A DNA stretch of 64,000 nt from Lachnospiraceae bacterium (GTDB lineage: Bacteria > Bacillota > Clostridia > Lachnospirales > Lachnospiraceae): assembly GCA_017408025.1 (NCBI GenBank), contig JAFQVJ010000068.1, positions 107,440-171,439 of the forward strand, in the 5' to 3' direction. A model generated the notes under the pieces. That model was not told the origin of the DNA. It saw only the letters and a list, made by a program, of their open reading frames with translations, and did not search any database. The position numbers and the translations under genes were made by a program. Below, in pieces: positions 43,520 to 53,424 of this stretch. Position 1 is the first letter of the stretch, and each line of letters opens with the position of its first letter.

Positions 43520-44556
43520 TATTCTTCCACATCCTCACTCTCTGATTCATCTGAAACAGAACCATCAAGTCTGTAATGCTCACGCACAGCTTTCTCTACT
43601 GCCTCCATAACATCAGGATTCTGCTTAAGGAAGTTCTTAGCATTCTCTCGCCCCTGACCTATCTTCTCTCCATTGTAGGCATACCACGCACCACTCTTAT
43701 TGATGACATCAATATTAGCAGCTAAATCAAGCAGATCCCCAGCCTTAGATATTCCCTCACCAAACATAATATCAAACTCTGCTTCCTTAAATGGAGGTGC
43801 AATCTTATTCTTAACAACCTTAATTCTTGTACGGCTACCAATAACCTCTCCACCATTCTTAAGTGTGTCAATCTTACGAACATCCATACGAACAGAAGAA
43901 TAGAATTTCAATGCTCTACCACCTGTTGTCGTCTCCGGATTTCCAAACATAATACCAATCTTCTCACGAAGCTGATTGATAAAGATAACTATACAATTTG
44001 ATTTACTGATAACTGCTGTAAGCTTACGAAGTGCCTGCGACATAAGTCTTGCCTGAAGACCCATATGCGAATCACCCATCTCACCATCAATTTCTGCTTT
44101 TGGAACAATAGCCGCAACAGAGTCAACAATAATAATATCAATAGCACCACTTCGAACCATAGTCTCCGTAATCTCAAGTGCCTGTTCACCAAAATCTGGT
44201 TGTGATATGTAAAGATTATCAATATCTACGCCAATATTTTTTGCATATACAGGATCAAGTGCGTGCTCTGCATCAATAAACCCTGCAATACCGCCTCTTT
44301 TCTGTACTTCAGCTACCATATGCAATGCAACAGTTGTCTTACCACTTGACTCAGGTCCATATATCTCTACAATACGTCCCTTTGGTACGCCACCAAGACC
44401 AAGTGCTATATCAAGGCTAATCGAACCTGTAGGTACAGTTTCAATATTCATATTCTTACTTGAATCCCCCAGTTTCATAACAGAACCTTTACCATGCTGC
44501 TTCTCAATCTGTGAAAGTGCAGCATCAAGCGCTTTTAATTTATCGTTTTTATCCAT
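43519..44556 (-). CDS. recA: Recombinase RecA
   Basis: [16 protein letters not shown] Walker A. Canonical RecA sequence throughout. Confidence 0.98.
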   Translation of the reverse strand: MDKNDKLKALDAALSQIEKQHGKGSVMKLGDSSKNMNIETVPTGSISLDIALGLGGVPKGRIVEIYGPESSGKTTVALHMVAEVQKRGGIAGFIDAEHALDPVYAKNIGVDIDNLYISQPDFGEQALEITETMVRSGAIDIIIVDSVAAIVPKAEIDGEMGDSHMGLQARLMSQALRKLTAVISKSNCIVIFINQLREKIGIMFGNPETTTGGRALKFYSSVRMDVRKIDTLKNGGEVIGSRTRIKVVKNKIAPPFKEAEFDIMFGEGISKAGDLLDLAANIDVINKSGAWYAYNGEKIGQGRENAKNFLKQNPDVMEAVEKAVREHYRLDGSVSDESESEDVEE

Positions 44557-44617
44557 ATTTTCCTCCTTCAGCCCTATTTTGTAAGAGCTTCTAATCAGTT
44601 ATTTCCAAAAATATATT

Positions 44618-44631
44618 CAAACATTTGTTCG
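44618..44631 (-). promoter_or_regulatory. LexA (Cheo/DinR) box 1
   Basis: Minus strand CGAACAAATGTTTG versus Gram-positive consensus CGAACNNNNGTTCG. Lies just downstream of the -10 of the recA promoter. Confidence 0.65.
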
Positions 44632-44640
44632 GTTGACTAT

Positions 44641-44669
44641 AATATACACTACAGTATAAAAAAAGTCAA
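44641..44669 (-). promoter_or_regulatory. Sigma-A promoter of recA
   Basis: Minus strand TTGACT-N17-TATATT. Confidence 0.55.
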
Positions 44670-44688
44670 CGTTTTTTCAAAATATTTT

Positions 44689-44702
44689 CGAACATATTTT
44701 CG
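44689..44702 (-). promoter_or_regulatory. LexA (Cheo/DinR) box 2
   Basis: CGAACATATTTTCG (plus strand), one arm mismatch from consensus. Lies upstream of the -35. Confidence 0.55.
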
Positions 44703-44792
44703 TTTTTATTTTGTTGTAATTCATTTTACATAAATATAAGGGTAAAAAACGGGACTGAACTTACAAAGTTCAAAAAATAAAATCAAAATAAA

Positions 44793-44820
44793 GAAAAAGA
44801 AGTGGATTTAATCCACCTCT
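44793..44820 (-). terminator. Intrinsic terminator of cinA-like gene
   Basis: Minus strand AGAGGUGGAUU-AA-AUCCACUUCU followed by UUUUC. Confidence 0.6.
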
Positions 44821-44851
44821 AATTTACCATTCATATTCACTATTGTCAATA

Positions 44852-45337
44852 TTATTGATTTTCAAGCATCTCTACTGCCATTGAAATAGCTTCGTCTACT
44901 GCTTGTCTTCTTATCTCATATCTGTCTCCATCGAATCTGAATTCTCTGGCTGTAACCTCATCCTTATACGCACAGCCAATATACACAAGACCTACAGGCT
45001 TTTCTGGTGTTCCACCACCCGGACCTGCTATTCCCGATGTCACTAATGCGACATCACTTCCTGTTTGCTTGCAACATCCATCAGCCATTTCCAAAACAGT
45101 TTCTCTGCTTACTGCACCATAGTTATCCAGTGTTTCTTCTTTTACCTTAAGATATTTCATCTTTGCATCATTAGAGTATGTTATAAAGCCTTCGCTATAT
45201 ACATCTGAAGCACCTGAAATATCTATTATCTTTGATGCTAGCATACCTCCTGTACAAGATTCCGCAGTAGATATGGTAAGTCCCATCTCTGCCAAAGTCT
45301 GTACAAGCTTTTCTTCCATTTCTATCATATAATTCAC
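44852..45337 (-). CDS. pncC: CinA C-terminal domain protein / nicotinamide-nucleotide amidohydrolase PncC
   Basis: TAESCTGGMLASKI ... GIAGPGGG motifs of the CinA/PncC family, in the classic cinA-recA neighbourhood. Confidence 0.85.
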   Translation of the reverse strand: MNYMIEMEEKLVQTLAEMGLTISTAESCTGGMLASKIIDISGASDVYSEGFITYSNDAKMKYLKVKEETLDNYGAVSRETVLEMADGCCKQTGSDVALVTSGIAGPGGGTPEKPVGLVYIGCAYKDEVTAREFRFDGDRYEIRRQAVDEAISMAVEMLENQ

Positions 45338-45356
45338 CTTTTGATGTCAGTATATA

Positions 45357-45923
45357 TTACTTGTTGTTTTCCTTCAATACACCCTTGTTCTTATATATAT
45401 AATCAACCATTGATACTATTGTAAGTATAAGTGATATTACCACAAGTATATTACCTAATATATCATATAATGGTATATCTATGATGTACTCTTCAACAAA
45501 CCAGTTAAGGTCAAGAATAAGCCATATAATCATAATCATCTGGAATACGGTTTTTACCTTGCCCCACATACTTGCTGCAATTACAATTCCGTTATCAGCT
45601 GCAATAGTTCTAAAACCACTGATTATAAGCTCTCTACTGATTATAACAACAACAACCCATGCTGGAATTCTTCCCACCAAGCATATAAGTGCTGCAGATA
45701 CAAGAAGCTTGTCCGCAAGTGGGTCCATAAACTTTCCAAAATTTGTTACAAGATTGTGCTTTCTAGCAATATGACCGTCAAGAGCATCTGTAATGCTGGC
45801 AAAAACAAAAAGCAATACTGCTATAAAACTTCCCCACCTGCCAAGACATTCAATTTCCATAAAGAATACAAAAAATGGTATTGTACATACTCTTAAAACC
45901 GTTAATTTGTTAGGTAAATTCAT
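45357..45923 (-). CDS. pgsA: CDP-diacylglycerol--glycerol-3-phosphate 3-phosphatidyltransferase
   Basis: CDP-alcohol phosphatidyltransferase motif DALDGHIARK...G...DPLADK. Confidence 0.92.
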   Translation of the reverse strand: MNLPNKLTVLRVCTIPFFVFFMEIECLGRWGSFIAVLLFVFASITDALDGHIARKHNLVTNFGKFMDPLADKLLVSAALICLVGRIPAWVVVVIISRELIISGFRTIAADNGIVIAASMWGKVKTVFQMIMIIWLILDLNWFVEEYIIDIPLYDILGNILVVISLILTIVSMVDYIYKNKGVLKENNK

Positions 45924-47242
45924 AATATTTCTCCAATCAAATCATATTCGTTTGCGCCTGTGACCTTTACCTTTACAAGATCGCCGCTCATTAATTCTTC
46001 ACCCGTATTTACAAAAATACTGCCATCTATACCTGGAGCATCCATATAGGTTCTTCCCACATACGCTGGTTCTCCTGCAATTTTACCTTCTATCATTGCA
46101 ACAAGTTCCCTACCTATCATACTTTCAGATTTATCAAAGGCTATCTCCTGCTGAAGTTCCATTATCTCGTCTCTCCAGTCTTCTTTAATCTCCTCATCAA
46201 TCTGATTCTCCATAACAGCTGCTGGCGTTCCCTCCTCTGGAGAATATGTAAATACTCCAAGTCTGTCAAATTCCATCTCATCAACAAATTCCATCATCTC
46301 CTGATGATGTTCCTCGGTCTCTCCTGGAAATCCTGCTATGAGAGTTGTTCGAAGAATAATGTCCGGTATGCGTTTTCTCAATTTATTAACTATGTCAATG
46401 AGCTCAGCTTTTGTAGTTCTTCTGCCCATTCTCCTCAGAATGTGGTCAGAACAATGTTGTATAGGCATATCAAGATAATTACATATCTTCTTTTCCATGG
46501 CTATAGTCTCTATAAGCTCATCATAAATTTCTTCTGGATAACAATACATTATCCTAATCATCTTTATACCACTTATCTTGCAGAGCTCTTGCAATAATAC
46601 ATGAAGTGACTTCTTGCCATACAAATCCACTCCATATATGGTTGTTTCCTGTGCTACCAGGATAAGCTCCTTCACGCCAACAGATGCCAGATATTCAGCC
46701 TGTTTTACCAGCTGTTCCATTGGTACACTTCTATACTTTCCTCTGATTTTAGGAATAATACAGTAGGTACAATGCTTATCACAGCCCTCAGCTATTTTCA
46801 GATGAGCATAATAACCACCTGTAGTAACCATTCGGTTAGTTCCTATATTAGGCAAACGATTTAAATCAAGAAATTCCTCAGATATTTTCCCCTCTATAGC
46901 TTCCTTTACCACATCAGCTATCTTATCGTAGGATGATGTACCTATAATAGCGTCAACTTCTGGAATTTCTTTAATAATTTCATCCTTGTATCTCTGCGCA
47001 AGACATCCTGTCACAATAAGTGCTTTGAGATTGCCCGTCTTTTTATATTCAGCCATCTCAAGGATTGTATTTATACTTTCTTCCTTTGCATCATTAATAA
47101 AACAACAAGAATTGATAACTATTACATCAGCCTCATTTTCATCGTTTGTAAATGTATAACCTTCTGCGCCGAGAATCCCCAGCATCTCCTCTGTATCTAC
47201 AAGATTTTTATCGCAACCAAGCGATATAAACATAATCTTCAA
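45920..47242 (-). CDS. rimO: Ribosomal protein S12 methylthiotransferase RimO
   Basis: UPF0004 N-terminal domain (LGCDKN), radical-SAM CxxxCxxC (CDKHCTYC), and a C-terminal TRAM domain. Confidence 0.88.
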   Translation of the reverse strand: MKIMFISLGCDKNLVDTEEMLGILGAEGYTFTNDENEADVIVINSCCFINDAKEESINTILEMAEYKKTGNLKALIVTGCLAQRYKDEIIKEIPEVDAIIGTSSYDKIADVVKEAIEGKISEEFLDLNRLPNIGTNRMVTTGGYYAHLKIAEGCDKHCTYCIIPKIRGKYRSVPMEQLVKQAEYLASVGVKELILVAQETTIYGVDLYGKKSLHVLLQELCKISGIKMIRIMYCYPEEIYDELIETIAMEKKICNYLDMPIQHCSDHILRRMGRRTTKAELIDIVNKLRKRIPDIILRTTLIAGFPGETEEHHQEMMEFVDEMEFDRLGVFTYSPEEGTPAAVMENQIDEEIKEDWRDEIMELQQEIAFDKSESMIGRELVAMIEGKIAGEPAYVGRTYMDAPGIDGSIFVNTGEELMSGDLVKVKVTGANEYDLIGEIL

Positions 47243-47302
47243 ATGTCATTTCCTCCAAACTAACCCCTTGGAGTCTGGTCAGCTTAGCTGTATCCTCCAA
47301 GT

Positions 47303-47539
47303 TTACTCCTCATCACTAACTATCTTAACCTTGCCACTGTGAAGTTCTTCAACAGCAACTGATAATGGTTTGTTATTTTTAACATGCTTTACAAGTGGTT
47401 CCTCACCTGCAATTATCTGTCTTGCTCTCTTTGCTGTAGCATACACGATTGAGTATCTGCTCTGAACAACTGGCTGCTCGCCTGGTTCAACCTCGCTATT
47501 AACTACTGCCATTAAATCTGAATATGATGGATGTAACAT
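47303..47539 (-). CDS. rpoZ: DNA-directed RNA polymerase subunit omega
   Basis: RYSIVYATAKRARQI motif. Sits in the gmk-rpoZ context. Confidence 0.9.
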   Translation of the reverse strand: MLHPSYSDLMAVVNSEVEPGEQPVVQSRYSIVYATAKRARQIIAGEEPLVKHVKNNKPLSVAVEELHSGKVKIVSDEE

Positions 47540-47541
47540 AA

Positions 47542-48174
47542 TTATTCTCCTTCCGAGAAGATCTTCACGTCTTCTCTAATAAAATTTATTCTATCTATAT
47601 TTCTACTAACCTTCCAATGCTCTGACTGGATAAGCTCATGCAATTCTCTCACACATGTATCCAAATCATCATTGATAAGTAAGTAGTCATATTTCTCCAT
47701 GTATCCAGCCTCTTCGCTGGCTCTTCTCAGACGAGCATTTATAGTTGCTTCGTCCTCTGTTCCTCTGCCTACAAGGCGGTTTTTTAATTCTTCCGCAGTT
47801 GGCGGTGTAATAAAGATAAGTACCGTATCCGGCATCTTCTCTTTAACCTTCATTGCACCCTGCAGCTCTATCTCAAGGATAACGTCCTTGCCTTCATCAA
47901 GCTTGGACTCAACATAAGCCTTAGGAGTTCCGTAGTAGTTTCCTACATAATTAGCATATTCTATCAGCTGATCTTGCGCAATCATTTTTTCAAATTCTTC
48001 CACAGATTTGAAAAAATATTCTCTTCCATTTTCTTCTCCTGTTCTAGGAGCTCTGGTTGTTGCTGATATACTTAAAGCATAATTGTCATACTTGCCCATA
48101 AGGGCCTTCATAACTGTACCTTTTCCTGCACCAGAAAATCCTGATACAATGACTAATACTCCTCTTTCCTTCAT
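47542..48174 (-). CDS. gmk: Guanylate kinase
   Basis: VSGFSGAGKGT P-loop and SATTRAPRTGEENGREYFF motif. Confidence 0.95.
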   Translation of the reverse strand: MKERGVLVIVSGFSGAGKGTVMKALMGKYDNYALSISATTRAPRTGEENGREYFFKSVEEFEKMIAQDQLIEYANYVGNYYGTPKAYVESKLDEGKDVILEIELQGAMKVKEKMPDTVLIFITPPTAEELKNRLVGRGTEDEATINARLRRASEEAGYMEKYDYLLINDDLDTCVRELHELIQSEHWKVSRNIDRINFIREDVKIFSEGE

Positions 48175-48220
48175 GTTTTTCTCCTTATATACAATCTGTC
48201 GCTAGTAACAAATAAAAAAT

Positions 48221-48342
48221 ACCGTCGCTGCCAAGCTCAAAATCTTCGATTTTTCGCTTGAGGACATTCGTCCTATAATTTCAATTTTAAAATTATGTTT
48301 CAGGATGCAAGCATCCTTCTCCATATTTTTAAAATTGAAATT
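48221..48342 (-). repeat. Modular intergenic repeat, copy D (nested hairpins)
   Basis: 16-bp outer stem AATTTCAATTTTAAAA/TTTTAAAATTGAAATT (48277-48292 / 48327-48342) encloses GGATGCAAGCATCC. AGGACATTCGTCCT and GCTTGAGG-type submotifs resemble module M. Confidence 0.5.
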
Positions 48343-48350
48343 GCAGCTCC

Positions 48351-48378
48351 TCAACGTTATTCAACGTTATTCAACGTT
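48351..48378. repeat. 10-nt tandem repeat (TCAACGTTAT x about 2.8) spanning the yicC stop codon
   Basis: TCAACGTTAT TCAACGTTAT TCAACGTT. The last copy encodes the C-terminal NVE of YicC. The stop codon lies in the middle copy. Confidence 0.85.
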
Positions 48379-49245
48379 TTGGATTTGCTCTCTGATTTTT
48401 TCTATCTCTGTCTTAAGATCAATTCCTCTGTTTGTCACTTCCAGATCATTTGCCTTTGACAATATGGTATTTGCCTCTCTATTCATTTCCTGAGCAAGGA
48501 AATCAAGCTTTCTACCTACATCTTCACCTGTCATAAGGTCAGATTTCATCTTTTCCACATGACTTCTAAGACGAACTAATTCTTCATCTATACACATCTT
48601 GTCTGCAAAAAGAACTACCTCTGTAGCTATACGAGACTCATCAATCTGTGTATTTCCCAGAAGCTCCTCAACCTGTTTTCTGATATTCACTCTGTATTCT
48701 TCAAACACCTCTGGTGAACGGACAGCTATGGATTCCACAATGTTCATCATTCCATCAAGCTTAGCTAAAAGATCATTCTTTAAATGCGCTCCCTCTGACA
48801 AACGAGATTCAACAAATTTCTCACAGGCTCCATCAACTGCCTTTTGAACCATTTTCCACAATTCGTCTTCATCGGTTTGATTTTCTTCCATAACGAGCAC
48901 TTCGGGACATCTCATAAGCTTTGACGTACTTATGTCGTTTTCTATGCCAAACTGCTCACTTATAGACTTATAATATGACACATACTCAGTTGCTAACTCA
49001 CTGTTATATTTTAAACTTGTCATATCCTCTGATGTATCTTCATATGAAATATATACATCAACCTTACCTCTTGATGCGTATTTCTTTATTTCTGCACGTA
49101 TGACAGCATCGAAAGAATTTAATTGCTTCGGCATTCTGACACTTACATCAAGATATCTGTGATTGACAGATTTCATTTCTACTGTTATTTTTTTGTTCTG
49201 CTCTGATACTTCAAATCGTCCAAAGCCCGTCATACTTTTAATCAT
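48367..49245 (-). CDS. yicC: YicC-family stress-induced protein
   Basis: MIKSMTGFGR N-terminus and C-terminal DUF1732-like EMNREANTILSKAN motif. Confidence 0.88.
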   Translation of the reverse strand: MIKSMTGFGRFEVSEQNKKITVEMKSVNHRYLDVSVRMPKQLNSFDAVIRAEIKKYASRGKVDVYISYEDTSEDMTSLKYNSELATEYVSYYKSISEQFGIENDISTSKLMRCPEVLVMEENQTDEDELWKMVQKAVDGACEKFVESRLSEGAHLKNDLLAKLDGMMNIVESIAVRSPEVFEEYRVNIRKQVEELLGNTQIDESRIATEVVLFADKMCIDEELVRLRSHVEKMKSDLMTGEDVGRKLDFLAQEMNREANTILSKANDLEVTNRGIDLKTEIEKIREQIQNVE

Positions 49246-49360
49246 ATCGTTCCTCTCTGTCTCAAGAACTTAACTAAATGAAGTTTCATATAAAATTCCA
49301 CTATAGCTAAACAATTATAGACCAAATCATGGCAAAAATCAACCATTGATTTACGACATT

Positions 49361-51226
49361 CTATTCACTAGAGGCTCCTCCGACCATAGTCCAGTAGTAA
49401 TCGTATAACTCATCTCCCTCTTTGCCAAGATAATTGTACACATGACATCTTGAGAGAACTGCGTCATCTGGAAAGGCTATCTGGCTGTTTCTTATAGCCT
49501 CATCTTCAATAAGCTCCCTTGAAGCCTCATTTGGTGTTGAGTATGTAATATACTCAAAATTCATAAGTGCAATTTCCGGGTCACACATGAAATTAATCCA
49601 AGCCTCAGCCGCTTCCTTATTCTGACAATCCTTCGGAATAACCCATCCATCAATCCACACATTTGAGCCTTCATCCGGGACAACATATTCAAGATTTGGA
49701 TTTTCTTCCTGCATATATATTGCCTCGCCTGAATATATAACAGCAAGAGCCGCGGCATTCTTTATCATCTTATCTCTTACCTGATCAATGACATACGCCT
49801 GTACAATAGGCTTCTGACTGATAAGCAAATCTGTGGCCTCCTTAAGTTCATCTTCGTCAAGGGTATTTATAGAATATCCCAGATATGAAAGAGCCACACA
49901 GTACGCATCTCTTACAGATGCCTGCATAAGAATTTGTCCCTCATATTTTTCATCAAATAATATAGACCAGCTGTTTACCTCATCATCAACCATAGTCTTA
50001 TTATACATAATTCCAACTGTTCCCCATGTATAAGGTACACAGTATTTATTTCCAGGGTCAAAGCCCTCAGCGCTAGTCATATACTGTTCTCCAATGTACT
50101 GAAGATTCGGCACATTGCTATAATCAATTTCAGCCAGCAGCTCATTCTGAATCATCTTTTCTACCATGTAATCTGAAGGACAGATTACATCATAGCTTCT
50201 GGCTCCCTTGGCGATAATTGCGTACATTTCCTCATTTGTCTCAAATTCCTCGTAATGTACCTTATAGCCTGTTTCCTCCTCAAAAAGCTCTATAACCTCC
50301 GGGTCAATATATTCACCCCAGTTATATACATATAAATCACCTATATAATTCTTGTCGTCCTTAAGTGCAAAATATCCCACAACACCAAATATAAGGACTA
50401 CAGCTGTTACCATTGCCACTCTCATTTTGCTCTTAAATACAAAAGTTGTAACAGACTTCTTAGCCTTTGTACTAGGGCCATAATTCACAAGGAACAATAA
50501 CACAAACACCGTCACAAATAGAATGGTTGACAACGCATACATTTCTGGCTGTATACCCTTTCTCACAGATGTATAAATCTTAGTTGAAAGAGTATCTATT
50601 CCTGAACCTCTTGTAAAATGTGTAATAATAAAATCATCTAAAGACATGGTAAAGGACATCAAAAATCCTGAAAGCACCCCTGGCATAATCTCTGGAATCG
50701 TAACCTTATAAAATGCCTGAAATGGGGTTGCACCAAGGTCCAGCGCTGCTTCGTACATATTGTTATCCATCTGTGATACCTTTGGCATAACATTGAGTAC
50801 AACATAAGGAATACAGAACGTCACATGAGCTATAAGCACAGTTGAAAAGCTGAGCGAAATGCCCAGTCCTACAAACAAAAGCATAAATGCCAATGCAGTA
50901 ACGATTTCTGCATTGAGCATAGGTATATTTGTAATACTCATAATGATAGTTCTTGTACTTTTTTTCATCTTAGAAATTGTAAGACAGGCAAGTGTACCAA
51001 GAACCGTTGCTATAATCGAAGCTAATAAAGCCAATATAAGTGTGGTTTTCAAAGCATTCATAATAGAAGCATTATCAAACAGCTCCCTATACCAGTTAAG
51101 GGTAAAGCCATCCCAGTTTCCCAGAATCTTTGAATCATTGAAGGATGCCACTATAAGTACAAATATAGGAAGATACAGGAAAAGAATAATAAGCGCCAAA
51201 TATATTTTCTTTGATATATTCTTCAT
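49361..51226 (-). CDS. potCD: Spermidine/putrescine ABC transporter: fused PotC permease plus PotD substrate-binding domain
   Basis: Residues 1-260 are a PotC-like 6-TM permease. One extra TM helix follows, then about 340 aa of PotD-like SBP (YVYNWGEYIDPEVIELFEEETGYKV...). Confidence 0.85.
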   Translation of the reverse strand: MKNISKKIYLALIILFLYLPIFVLIVASFNDSKILGNWDGFTLNWYRELFDNASIMNALKTTLILALLASIIATVLGTLACLTISKMKKSTRTIIMSITNIPMLNAEIVTALAFMLLFVGLGISLSFSTVLIAHVTFCIPYVVLNVMPKVSQMDNNMYEAALDLGATPFQAFYKVTIPEIMPGVLSGFLMSFTMSLDDFIITHFTRGSGIDTLSTKIYTSVRKGIQPEMYALSTILFVTVFVLLFLVNYGPSTKAKKSVTTFVFKSKMRVAMVTAVVLIFGVVGYFALKDDKNYIGDLYVYNWGEYIDPEVIELFEEETGYKVHYEEFETNEEMYAIIAKGARSYDVICPSDYMVEKMIQNELLAEIDYSNVPNLQYIGEQYMTSAEGFDPGNKYCVPYTWGTVGIMYNKTMVDDEVNSWSILFDEKYEGQILMQASVRDAYCVALSYLGYSINTLDEDELKEATDLLISQKPIVQAYVIDQVRDKMIKNAAALAVIYSGEAIYMQEENPNLEYVVPDEGSNVWIDGWVIPKDCQNKEAAEAWINFMCDPEIALMNFEYITYSTPNEASRELIEDEAIRNSQIAFPDDAVLSRCHVYNYLGKEGDELYDYYWTMVGGASSE

Positions 51227-52062
51227 TATTTCTTTACCTCCTTCTTCACAGTATTGACATCTGTGTCATCACCATTGGAAAACAGCATATTGATAATAAT
51301 AAATATCATAAGTACAAGCGAAAGTCCTGCACCAAGATTCAAATTATCTGCCTTTACCTTATTCTCAACAAGATTACCAATGAGAAGCAGCTTTCCACCT
51401 CCTAATATATCAGATATTACGAATGTAGTAAGTGCTGGAACAAATACCATGATAATACCGCTGGCTATACCTGGCTTACTAAGTGGTAAAATAATTTTAA
51501 ATAATGTCTGCCAGAAATTTGCACCAAGATCTCTTGCCGCATTGATAACATTGTCATCAATCTTTACAAGAACATTATAAATAGGCAGTACCATAAATGG
51601 AAGGAAATCATATACCATACCAATAACGATAGCCGCCGGCGTATTGATAATATTAAAATCTGTTATGCCAAACATTGCAAGAAAATGGTCAAGAACACCA
51701 TTAATGTCCAAAATCGCCTGCCATGCGTATGTACGAAGCAGGAAATTCATCCACATAGGAAGAATAAACACAAAGACTATAAATCCCTGCTTTGACATAT
51801 TCATATTTCTAAGAATATACGCAAGAGGATATGCCAATAAAAGACAAATAACCGTACTGATTACTGCAAGCAAAAGCGAAAGACCTAGTGCATTATAATA
51901 CTCTGGTCTGACAATTGTAGTAATATTTTCCCATGTAAAGTTACCCTCTCTGTCTGTAAAGCCATAGTAGCCTATGAACAGAAGTGGAATTATTATAAAC
52001 GCTGCAATCCACACAATGTATGGACTTGCAAGCAAAGCATTTTTTCTGCGTGCTTTATTCAT
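51226..52062 (-). CDS. potB: Spermidine/putrescine ABC transporter permease PotB
   Basis: PotB-like permease with an EAA-type loop ([20 protein letters not shown]). Confidence 0.9.
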   Translation of the reverse strand: MNKARRKNALLASPYIVWIAAFIIIPLLFIGYYGFTDREGNFTWENITTIVRPEYYNALGLSLLLAVISTVICLLLAYPLAYILRNMNMSKQGFIVFVFILPMWMNFLLRTYAWQAILDINGVLDHFLAMFGITDFNIINTPAAIVIGMVYDFLPFMVLPIYNVLVKIDDNVINAARDLGANFWQTLFKIILPLSKPGIASGIIMVFVPALTTFVISDILGGGKLLLIGNLVENKVKADNLNLGAGLSLVLMIFIIINMLFSNGDDTDVNTVKKEVKK

Positions 52063-53128
52063 CTACTCCTACTGCCTCCTCGTCCTCTGACTCAGGTTTA
52101 TTCATAATCTGAATATTAAATGGATCAACTTTTATACCTACTTCTGTTCCTACTGGAGACATTTTTGTGCTTTGAACAAGCCACTCATAGCCATTAGCCA
52201 TAACCTCCATCTCGTAGTGCACACCCTTAAATATGAGATGAGTCACAACACCCTTGATAGTTCCCTTGTCCGGTGTGACAAGTTCAACATCCTCTGGTCG
52301 TATAACAACGTCTACAGGCTTGTTATTACCGAATCCCTTATCAACACACTTAAATTTAGTTCCAAGAAATTCAACCAATTCATCCTCTATCATAGTTCCA
52401 GGTATAATATTTGAATCGCCTATAAAGTCAGCGACAAAAGCATTTTCAGGCTCATTATAAATATTTTCAGGAGTACCAACCTGCTGGATGTATCCCTGAT
52501 TCATAACCACTATAGTATCTGACATAGTCAGAGCCTCCTCCTGGTCATGTGTTACAAATACAAATGTAATACCGAGCTCATTCTTAAGTCTGATAAGTTC
52601 GTACTGCATATCCTGTCTAAGCTTTAAGTCAAGTGCCCCAAGTGGTTCATCAAGAAGAAGAACCTTTGGTTCATTAACTATGGCTCTGGCTATAGCTATA
52701 CGCTGCTGCTGACCACCACTTAACGAGTCTGCCATTCTGTTTTCAAAGCCATCAAGATTAACAAGCTTCAAGGCATACTTAATCTTGTCATCTATATACG
52801 CCTTTGACTTACCCTTGATTTTAAGTCCAAAAGCAATATTTTCTGCTATAGTCATATGTGTAAACAACGCATATTTCTGAAATACAGTATTTAAGTGCCT
52901 TTTATTAGGAGGGAGATTTGTAATGTCCTGTCCATCGAAGACTACTCTTCCTGTGTCAGGAGATTCAAAACCGCCTATAATTCTAAGAGTAGTTGTCTTA
53001 CCGCATCCACTGGGACCTAACAACGTAAGAAATTCATTTTCCCTAATGTATAAATTTAAGTCGTCTAAAACCATATGCTTACCATATGACTTTGAAATAC
53101 CCTGCAAATCAATAAGCTTGTTTCCCAT
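52055..53128 (-). CDS. potA: Spermidine/putrescine import ATP-binding protein PotA
   Basis: [17 protein letters not shown] and LLLDEPL motifs, plus a C-terminal TOBE-like domain. Confidence 0.93.
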   Translation of the reverse strand: MGNKLIDLQGISKSYGKHMVLDDLNLYIRENEFLTLLGPSGCGKTTTLRIIGGFESPDTGRVVFDGQDITNLPPNKRHLNTVFQKYALFTHMTIAENIAFGLKIKGKSKAYIDDKIKYALKLVNLDGFENRMADSLSGGQQQRIAIARAIVNEPKVLLLDEPLGALDLKLRQDMQYELIRLKNELGITFVFVTHDQEEALTMSDTIVVMNQGYIQQVGTPENIYNEPENAFVADFIGDSNIIPGTMIEDELVEFLGTKFKCVDKGFGNNKPVDVVIRPEDVELVTPDKGTIKGVVTHLIFKGVHYEMEVMANGYEWLVQSTKMSPVGTEVGIKVDPFNIQIMNKPESEDEEAVGVDE

Positions 53129-53424
53129 CTCATTGTTCCTTTCTCAGATAAACTAAATGCACATTACATTCAAGCAATCCTATATAAAAAGTGCATACAT
53201 AGCAGATATTAACACATTACATCTGAAAGATAAAGTAAAATTATTGATTTTTCGACATAATTTTTTACAGTAATCCTATTGATAAATAAATATATTTTTA
53301 ATTTCATGTTTCTTGACTCTAAAAACATGCTATGTTAAGCTTTCTTAGATAGATTTTGTTAAGCAAATTTATATAAAAATAATACTGCTTTTTATAAAAT
53401 TAACATAGAAAGGTCGTAAACATT

